Of a stretch of 64,000 nt of DNA, positions 51,533-64,000 are shown one piece after another (the first letter of the stretch is position 1; each line of letters begins with the position of its first letter). The notes beneath the pieces are model-generated. The model had not been told where the DNA came from, searched no databases, and saw only the letters and a list, made by a program, of their open reading frames with translations. Position numbers and translations under genes: made by a program. The stretch is from the human T2T-CHM13v2.0 reference genome, Homo sapiens. The stretch lies in assembly GCF_009914755.1 (NCBI RefSeq), contig NC_060926.1; one strand, written 5' to 3'.

Positions 51533-52144
51533 TGTTACTGGAAAAGGGTCCCTATCCAGACCCCAAGAGAGGGTTCTTGGACCTCCTGCAAGAAGGAATT
51601 TGGGGCAAGTCCATAAAGTGAAAGCAAGCTTATTAAGAAAGTAAAGGAATAAAAGAATGGTTACTCCATAGGCAGAGCAGCGGCATGAGCTGCTCGACTG
51701 ACTATACTTACAGTTATTTCTTGATCATCTGCTAAACAAAGGGTGGATTATTCATGAGTTTTCCGGGAAAGCCAATTCCTGCAACTGAGGGTTCCTCCCC
51801 TTTTTAGACACTATAGGGTAACTTCCTGATGTTGCCATGGCATTTGTAGACTGTCACGGCAGTGGCAGGAGTGTCATTTAGCATGGAAATGCATTATAAT
51901 TAGCATAGAATGAGCAGTGAGGATGACCAGAGGTCACTTTCATCACCATCTTGGTTTTGGCCAGCTCCTTTACTGCATCCTGTTTTATCAGCAAGGTCTT
52001 TGTGACCTGTATCTTGTGCGGACTTTCTATCTCATCCTGACTTAGAATGCCTAAGCTAGTGGGAATGCAGCCTCGCAGCTCTCAGCCTTATTTTACCCAG
52101 CGCCTATTCAAGATGGAATCGCTCTAGTTCGATCGCCTCTGACA
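51533..52144 (-). mobile_element. MER41-family ERV1 solo LTR with a GAS motif
   Basis: Minus-strand start TGTCAGAGGCG..GAACTAGAGCGATTCCATCTTGAATAGG and end AAGAACCCTCTCTTGGGGTCTGGAT. TTCCGGGAA at 51761-51769. Confidence 0.75.
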
Positions 52145-52179
52145 GGGGCAGTGCACTTTCACATCTTGGCCTTTGCTGC

Positions 52180-53305
52180 CTTATCCTTCCAGATCTTTCA
52201 GATGCTTGCCCTCTGGCATTCTAGGATAGGAAGACTGCTTCCAAAGTGACGCAGGATTTTTCTCAATTTTCCAACTGCAGACTTCTGGCTGGTGATGCCC
52301 CTGCCCATGCCTAGCTCTGCCCCAGGCAGGAGGTGCCCTGCCCACTTGGGCTTGCACTCTGGTGGGGATCCTGCAGCCACCGAGACTGCATGCTCAGCCC
52401 CAGTAGGAGGGGGTGTGTGATCAAGTGAGTGCCTCATCTTGCCAGCCACTCCAAGTGCTGGCACAGGAGTGGGGTCCCTTTGGGGCCTGCAGCTGGATCA
52501 GGCCTGTCAGAAGCGACTCCTGGGGTGAACTCTGGCATCCAGATGAAGGGAACGTGGTGGCACCCAAACAGGAAAGCGCTCGACTCTGAAGCCCCAGAGG
52601 GGGTGTTACAGCCATGCTAACAGCTGTTTTAGTCCCACTGTCAGCAGCCTGACAAACAGGGGCATGTTAACAACAAACGGGGGGTGTGTTAACAACTCTG
52701 TCAGTCCTGTTGCCTGCTCCTGCTGGAGGCTCCCTGGCTGGCCTGGCCCTGCACTGCTGCTCATGGCAAGGGGTTGCCACTGGGCACAGACGGTGGGGGA
52801 GATGTGGAGGGCTATGGTGTTACTGCCTTTTTCATACCCTTTGCTGACAATGGAAGGGTGAAAAGGGCGGAGAAGAGTTTTATGAAGCGATGAAACAGCT
52901 CTCAGCTGAGAGGGGATGCAAGGGTGGTCCCTGATCTGAAGTCGGGTGGTCTCTCTCTCAGTGTGGCTGGGTCTGGGGCTTTTATGGGCTCAGAAGTGGG
53001 GACTGCATGCTGATTGGTTTACAAGTATGCAAAAAAGGCTAAAACAAAGGCACCATTCAAAGGTGGCATGACAGTGTAGAAAACCAATTAGGGAAGGGTA
53101 GATACATGTAAAGTAAGTGAAGGGTGGGGATCAGTCAGAGGAAAGTGCACCAACAGGAAGAGAGGTTCTCAGTTCAGTCCATGGATTTATCCAAGACTTG
53201 TAGCTTAGCTTTCCGACTTTAAACTGCCTTTGGTTTGAAAGTTGGGTTTCATTGGGGACATGCCACTATCTGCCTAGGGGTTTGTCTGCCTCCTGCCACT
53301 ATTAA
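52180..53305 (-). mobile_element. GC-rich ERV1 LTR (MER52-like)
   Basis: Sequence style recalled as MER52, with TATA-like (ttttat) and CCAAT (gattgg) motifs in LTR order on the minus strand. Subfamily uncertain. Confidence 0.5.
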
Positions 53306-55033
53306 AAGTACTAAATCAGTGCATCTAGCCCGAGGGCTGCCCCTAGTCCAGCCAGCAGAGGTTTTTGTTTTGTTTTGTTTTTCTTTTAATTAAAATTTTA
53401 ATTAAAAGGGACTAATATAGAGGGTTTTTAAAAAATTACCATATGTGTTGAGTATTTATGCTATGCCAAGCACTTCCCATATATTTTCTCATTTAATCCT
53501 CAAAATAGCAAGGGTGATTGCCTTATCTCCATCCTATAGATGAGAAAGCTGAGACTCAGAGAAATTAAGAAACTCATATGAGGTCATGTTGTAGGTAAGT
53601 TAGTTTTTGCTGCATCATAAACCACCCAACTATTTATGATTTCAAACAGGTAATACTTGTTTCTCAACAACTGGTTGGGGGCTGGATGGCCAAGGGGCCT
53701 CATATTTTAGGGACAGGAGGAGCTCATCGTCAGCTGGGTGATGGGGATGCGACTGCAAGTCTCATCCAGGAGAGCTTGAACATAGGGGTTGAGTTGCAAA
53801 AGCAGCATAAGGGCAGCAACACAAGAACTTTCCATGTCTCACTTATGTCATATTTGCTATTCTCCCATTGGCCAAAGCAGGTCACAAGGGCATGGCCAGC
53901 CGGTATGGAAGGGGACAACCAAAGGGGTGGACACAGGGAGTGAGAATTGCTGCTATTTTCCCCAACAAAGAATCTACCATCCATAGCTTCTAAGTGTACA
54001 ACTGGAAATCAAAACTAAGTTTGTCTTACTTGAAAGTTCAAAACTGTCTTACAGCTACTGCCTGGGGTCTAGGAATCCAGAACATTCCACACATTGCCTA
54101 AGTCAACAACCTGTTGCACACACACACCTGCAACTGTTTTGCAAAAGTATGTGGATCTGGTTGTCATTGATAAAATGCAAATTAATTTAGATGTATTATT
54201 CAATTCGTAGTATAATTTTGTTGTATTTTCAAATCAACAGATATTTACGTAATTTCGAAGCAGCTCTTCACAAAATATTCATCAGTTACAGAAGGAAGTC
54301 ACTTCACAGTGGAAAAATCTGGCAGGTGCCACCTTAATCAAGTAACCAAAATGAACATCATCAGTAATAGGACAAATTGCAATCGTGTGCCTCCTGATAG
54401 TCTAGCAAGAAGAACACAGCATCACTTCTATGATGCTCCTGCCAATAATATATAATTGGAATCTAATCCTAAAGCAACAAATTCAAATTAAGGAAAATTC
54501 TACAAAATAATTGGCCTGTAATAGAAGTGTTAAAGGTCATGAAAGTTAAGGAAAGACTGAAGAACTGTTCCAGACTGAAGATGAAAGAGATGTGAGAAAT
54601 AAGTGCAGTGGTGATTCTGAACTGGATCCTGACTTGGCAAAACTTGAATAGGTCTGTTGGTTGGATGGTAGAAATATAGTAATGTTGATTTCCTGATTTT
54701 TGCTAGCTATATTACAATTTTATTGGATTCAGTCCTTGTTTACAGAAGACACACAGTATGTAGGGGTTATAAGAAGTCAGCTCAGGAACTTTCAAATCAT
54801 TTAGCAAAACAAAAGTTCTTCGTACTTTAATTCCAAGACTTCTATAAATTTGAGATTATTTTTAAAATACTTAAAAAAAAACTCCTTTAAAGTCTCTCAA
54901 CATGCTGTCCTATTAATAATAGATTTCTAAATTTTTTATTTTTATCAACGTTTTGTGTGCCCATAGTTTGAAGTATTAAATTGTTTTTATTTATTAAAAC
55001 ATTTTTTAATGTCACTCCATTCAGAGGTAATGA

Positions 55034-55394
<361 letters not shown>

Positions 55395-55782
55395 TAAAGA
55401 AAAGTAGTTCCCTTATCTCCACTTTCCCCCTTTCCAGCACCTCAGAGGCAACTGCTTTCAGCTGATTACTTTGACAGGCGTGACCTTATTTCCACATAAT
55501 TGCTTATGTCATGATTTTTTTCTTTTTGAGATAGGTTCTTGCTCTGGGGCCCAGGAGGGAGCGCAGTGGCGCTCTTGTAGCTCACTACAACCTTGAACTC
55601 CTGGACTCAGATAATCCTCTGGCCTCAGTCTCCTGAGTAGCTGGGACTACAGGTACATGCTACCATGCCTGGCTAATTTATTTTCACAGAGACAAGGTCT
55701 CACTATGTTGCTTGGGCTGATCTCTAACTTCTAGGCTCAAGTGATCCTCCCGCCTCGGCCTCCCAAAGTGTTGGAATACAGG

Positions 55783-56144
55783 TATTGAAATCAAGTTTAG
55801 CCTAAAGCTGCCTCCTTATATATTTAAGTTTGGCCTAAAGGTTTGTCTGTATATCGTGACAAGTGGAGGTGTAAACAGACTACACTTGTGCCAATCACTG
55901 AGTTTTGGCCAATCAAATGTAGCCAACTGTTCAAACCACGTTCAGATAAGGCAAATGCCAAGCTGTAGCCAAGCCCAGCTGTTTCTGTACCTCACTTCCA
56001 TTTTCTGTCCGCAAACCTTCCACCGTGTGACTGCGCTGGAGTGTCCGAGCCTACTCTGGCTGGGAAGGCTGCCCAATTCTTGAACTGTTTATTGCTCAAT
56101 TAAACTCCTTTAAATTTAATTTGGCTGAAGTTTTTCTTTTATCA
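55783..56144 (+). mobile_element. MER57-like solo LTR inserted inside an old Alu
   Basis: AAGTTTAGCCTAAAGCTGCCTCCTT start. A 4-bp TSD (cagg) splits the Alu ...tacagg|tgtgaacc. Confidence 0.7.
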
Positions 56145-56409
56145 CAGGTGTGAACCATCGTACCTGGCTGTCCTAAATTTTTAAAAACTATCATGCAAGT
56201 CATAGGTGCTTCCTCAAGACTGTCATTATCACGTACTTGTAGTATGCCCTTACTCAATTTTTATGGTTTTAATTTAAAAATTGGAAAAAGAATCTGCCTG
56301 CTCCACTCAGTGTAGTTCAGTTGTGTGCTGCTAACAACTGAACCATGGCATCTATTTTGAAACCATTTGGAAGAAATCACAGTACTTTGGTATCTTACTG
56401 AATATTCTT

Positions 56410-57140
<731 letters not shown>

Positions 57141-57651
57141 TAGTTTTGAACTTCCCCCAAGCATTAGACTCAAAATAACCTGTGGAAAAGAATTTTGTCA
57201 ACTCTAAAAATGCTGATAATTCAGCTGACCTTGTTTGTAATACCTGTCAATAAAGACTATACTATCTTGGGGTTTTCAGAGAAGAAGGAATCTTTTAGGA
57301 CTGATAATTCACAGCCTGCTTGTGCTCTACTTCGGTTTTCTTTTGACCAGTAGACCAGACATGTTAAAAACAGAGGGAGTAAAATCACTGCACAAAATCT
57401 TACTCTGTCAGTGCCATGGAAGAACAGTTGATTTGGGGATCTACTCAGTCACTTGGAGACTAGTCACATAGTCAATTATAAATCTACCTAATCATATAGT
57501 TTTTTAGCCTATATTATCATTTTGTCCAAATCTTAAAAAAAAGTTATATTCCTTACCTATAGGCAAATATATCACTAAGTTTATTTCCTTATTGATAGGA
57601 TTAAGTAATCAAGGAACGGGAATAGTCTAATTTTTCTGTTCTTGGTGATTC

Positions 57652-59062
<1,411 letters not shown>

Positions 59063-59685
59063 ATGGTTAAAAAAAATCACAGATGGGAAGAGTTAAGAGT
59101 ATAGGCATGCTAATAAAAGCTTAAGTAATAATGATTGTATCCAGTGTTTATCTTTTCAGGCTAAAAGTTGTATTTTAGAATACAAAATGGGAAGGGCAGA
59201 TAACTTTTGTGTGTGAATTTCCATCTCCCTACCATGGTAAAAATAATTTTAGCAAGACAATTTTAATGTTAATATTATAATAGACATGTAAGCACAACAT
59301 TGTAGAATACAAAGAGAATTTTTTTTTCTTTTTTTAAGTGGGGCTTGGGAATTTTCATTTCACAGAGTCTTCTTGTTATCCAAGGCATTTTTAGAGGCCA
59401 GTCTTTCTAGTCATATTTGATAATGAGGAAGATGAAGTAATTGACTTCCCCAAAGTCACATAACAACTTCATGGCATAGCTGAGACTAGACTCCTGCGAT
59501 TCAGATTCTCAGGCCATCAGTCTTTCTACAACAAAATAGTGATGCTTAAATACTTGAGATGCGTATCACAAAAAAGGGGATTATTAGAATGAAAACACTG
59601 ATTAGGACAGAATAATTTAATGGCATTTTATTTCTGATAAACTCCTCTCTCTTCAGTTTTAACTATCTGAAAAAACTGTGGGCAT

Positions 59686-60301
59686 GTGAGAGGCATGTGA
59701 ACCAGAGCAACTCCATCTTGAATAGGAGCTGGGTAAAATGAGGCTGAAACCTATTGGGCTTGTAGTCCCAGATGGTTAAGGCACTGTAAGCCACAGGATG
59801 AGATAAGAGGTCAGCACAAAATACAGATCATAAAAACCTTGCCGATAAAACAGCTTGCAGAAAAGAAGCCGGACAAAACCCACCAAAACCAAGATGGCCA
59901 CCGAGAGTGACCACTGGTCTTCCTCACTGCTACACTCCCAGCATCGCCGTGATAATTTACAAATGCCATGGCCAAGTCAGGAAGTTACCCTATATGGCCT
60001 AAAAGGGGGATGCACATCATCAAGAAATAACCATAAAAATGGGCAACCAGCAGCCCTCTGGGCTGCTCTGTCTGTGGAGTAGCCATTCTTCTATTCCTTT
60101 ACTTTCCTAATAAACTTGCTTTCACTTTATTCTATGGACCTGCCCTGAATTCTTTCTTGCGTGAGATCCAAGAACCCTCTCTTGGGGTCTAGATTCGGAC
60201 CCCTTTCCTATAACATCATTCTGGCGACCAGTGAAGGGACTATAGTGAGGAAACCCCCGACCCAAAGGCTAACTTTGGGTAAGTGGTGGGGTCCTGTAAC
60301 A
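59686..60301 (+). mobile_element. MER41A-like solo LTR
   Basis: TGTGAGAGGCATGTGAACCAGAGCAACTCCATCTTGAATAGG...GGGGTCCTGTAACA. Confidence 0.75.
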
Positions 60302-60518
60302 GTCAGTCATAGATTTCTACCTTAAAAACCAGGTTCAAATGTGAGCAAGCAAGGTATGATAGATAAGGAATTTTTACAGCTTCAAAGTGTGACCTACCCA
60401 AAAGATCTTGCCTGTTAAGTATGATGAACTGCCAAGTTATTCTCTCCTCCTCCCAAGAGAAAAATCATTGTTAAATAGGAACAGACTGACACACAACAAC
60501 ATGTAGAAATTAGAATAC

Positions 60519-60524
60519 TTTATT
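60519..60524 (-). terminator. Likely KRCC1 polyadenylation signal AATAAA
   Basis: tttatt on the plus strand, followed on the minus strand by a GT-rich element (tgttgttgtgtgt). Confidence 0.65.
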
Positions 60525-61082
60525 ATAAATATTTTCAGAATATAAACTGATTTTGTATCAAGACTCTTTGAAACTTTAGAAACTTTATGTAACCTAAGAT
60601 TATAATATATTTCATTTTCCACTTTCCAGCCTAGAAAATACACTGCAAGTTAGATCTAATAAAGGAGAAAAAAATTGCTTCACAGAGAAAAACCAATGAA
60701 CATAAAATACCCAACTCAAAACTATAACAAACCCAATCAAGAAACAGATTGTGCAAAGGTCATTAATCCTCCAATTTAAAATAAATAACCTCCCAACAGA
60801 AAATATTTCCACCATCAAAGCAATTTGATGAATAAAAGCAGAGTCACTTTCATTAAAGGAAATTACACTATATGTTCAAAAAATGTAATAATGCTTTTAG
60901 AAAATGAGGAAAAGCAATTTCTGTGTTGGAGAGCAAGCATGCTAAACACTTTGTTTACTAGGCCTTTGTTAGAAGTTAAAGAACCTATTCACATAAGAAA
61001 AGTGGTATGAACACGGATATCATAAAACCAAGCTCTCACCTATTTTTTCAATTTAACTTTGGGAGAACCAACTTTGAAAGCT

Positions 61083-62048
<966 letters not shown>

Positions 62049-63168
62049 TCAAGTGATTCTCCTGCCTCAGCCTCCCGAGTAGCTGGGATTACAGGTGTGT
62101 GCCACCACGCCCAGCTAATTTTTGTATTTTTAGTAGAGATGGGGTATCACCATGTTGACCAGGCTGGTCTCAAACTCCTGGCCACAAGTGATCCATCCAC
62201 CTCAGCCTCCCAAAGTGCCAGGATTACAGGCATGAGCCACTGCACCTGGCCTCCTTTGCTCTTAAAAAGAGCTTTGAAAAACAAAGCAGCTCAAACAAAT
62301 TACAACCTATTTCAGCATAAAAGCTGAGTATCTTGACATTATATGCCAAAGGGTAGCATCAGGATGGTCAGATACCTCCCAGGTCACGTACCAGTAACTT
62401 TACCCTTCTCAGAAGTGAGACGAAGAGGGCAGAAAGGAACCGATACACATGTTGCTGTCATAGGGCTAAAATGTGAGATAAGCAGGGATGTGTGGATAGG
62501 AACCACACAACCACGGTGGGTGGCTGATATTAATGTTCAATTAATTTCTGAAGTTCTCATGAATTGGTTTCCTGTATATTAGTTTCTAAGAGAAGTAAAG
62601 GAACCACAGATACAGAATTTGATTTTTAAAATCTTCAGTTTACTCAAGATAAAATAAACGTACTCACCTGACGAGAGTACTGTAAGACTTAACAATAAAA
62701 GGATGTTTATAAAATTGATTGGGAATGCTGAAAATCAGAAATTCAGTTATAAGATGAAAACTACTTTTAGGTATCAGGTATGAGGGAAGATGAAAGCACA
62801 GAGTTCTGTATCTTCTGTGTAGGCTTGGATTTCATTCCACTACTTCTGATTGGTGAAAAAAGCATTCTAGAATGTCTTCTGGTTTGTTCTCTCTTAAAGT
62901 ACTGGTGAGAGGAATAAGGGAAGAAACAGGGGTGAAAACTGAAAAGGGATAGGACTGATTTGGAGAAGAGTTTCAGAAGAAACTTGCAGTAGATACACCA
63001 TTTTTGTTTGCTTGATTCTTTTTTGGGGGGAAGGGCAAGACTGTTCCTGATTCTTTTCCTCACCTCAAATCCTGAATAAATACAAATATAGCAGAAAATG
63101 TACTTACTATGAAATTATAATATTATATATATATAAAAAAAATATATATATATATATTTTTTTTTTGA

Positions 63169-63276
<108 letters not shown>

Positions 63277-63471
63277 TAGTTAAGACTACAGGTGCACACC
63301 ACCACGCCTGGCTAATTTTTGTATTTTTAGTAGAGATGCGGTTTCACCATGTTGGCCAGGCTGGTCTCCAACTCCTGACCTCAGGTGATCTGCCTGCCTC
63401 GGCCTCCCAAAGTGCTGGGATTACAGGTGTGAGCCACTGTGTCCCACCTGCCCTATATATTTTTGGTGATA

Positions 63472-63620
63472 CAGTTTATCTCAAAAAATTAGGAGGGCAT
63501 ATATCCCATGTAGAACTGAACATTTCTTCAGCTCTCAGAAACAAGGCTTGTTTCTGCTAAAGGGAAGAAATGTTCAGTTCAACATGGGATATACTCCCTC
63601 CTAATTTTTTGAGACTAATG
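63472..63620. repeat. Near-perfect palindrome of about 135 bp, MITE-like, in the KRCC1 intron
   Basis: tctcaaaaaattaggaggg..atatcccatgt.gaactgaacatttcttc..cagaaacaag / cttgtttctg..gaagaaatgttcagttc.acatgggatat..ccctcctaattttttgaga. Confidence 0.8.
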
Positions 63621-64000
63621 ATCAGCCAGTTTTTCAAATTTGGAAATTTGAGGTTAAAAAGAAAATCTAAATGAAGCCTAATTTGGCAAGTTAGAAAATA
63701 TAGTTCTTGTTCAACTTAAATAGTATACAAATTCTGACTAGAAAAATAATAAAAAATAATGTAACAAATACTTGCTTAAATATGGGCAAACTATTTTAAC
63801 CTATACTTCAGAAAAGAATATATGCAAATGGCCAATAAGCACATGAAAAGATGTTTAAAAGCACTGATCAGCAAGTAAATGTGAATTAAAACCACAATGA
63901 GATACCACTATGCACTTACCAGAATGATTAAAATGAAAAAGATTGACAATACCAGTGCTGATAAGGATCTGGAACTCTCAAATATTGTTGATAGGAATGT

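Overview
Primate (human-like), Alu-rich genomic DNA with no prokaryotic features. The right end holds the single coding exon of KRCC1 (minus strand, 259 aa), which from recall places the window at human 2p11.2 between RGPD2 and KRCC1. The left half is a mosaic of duplicated pieces: five in-frame ANAPC1 exons (one supplying the MNVMGFNTDRLAWTRN N-terminus that I recall for RGPD1/2) plus processed copies of NDUFB4 and WBP1. Two things stand out. (1) An intact 249-codon KRCC1/ZMAT1-family paralog (36586-37335, minus) with the same acceptor-just-before-ATG layout as KRCC1 but a GC-rich, Arg/Gly-rich body. (2) About 12.6 kb upstream on the same strand, a strongly diverged U2 snRNA variant that keeps a complete Pol II snRNA promoter (PSE at -60, GT box plus octamer near -210, 3'-box-like motif), shows compensatory stem changes and lacks stem-loop IV. 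It sits beside a CpG island, a second decayed U2 copy and a GAS-bearing MER41 LTR. Gene and repeat names come from recall, not database searches, and repeat boundaries are approximate.
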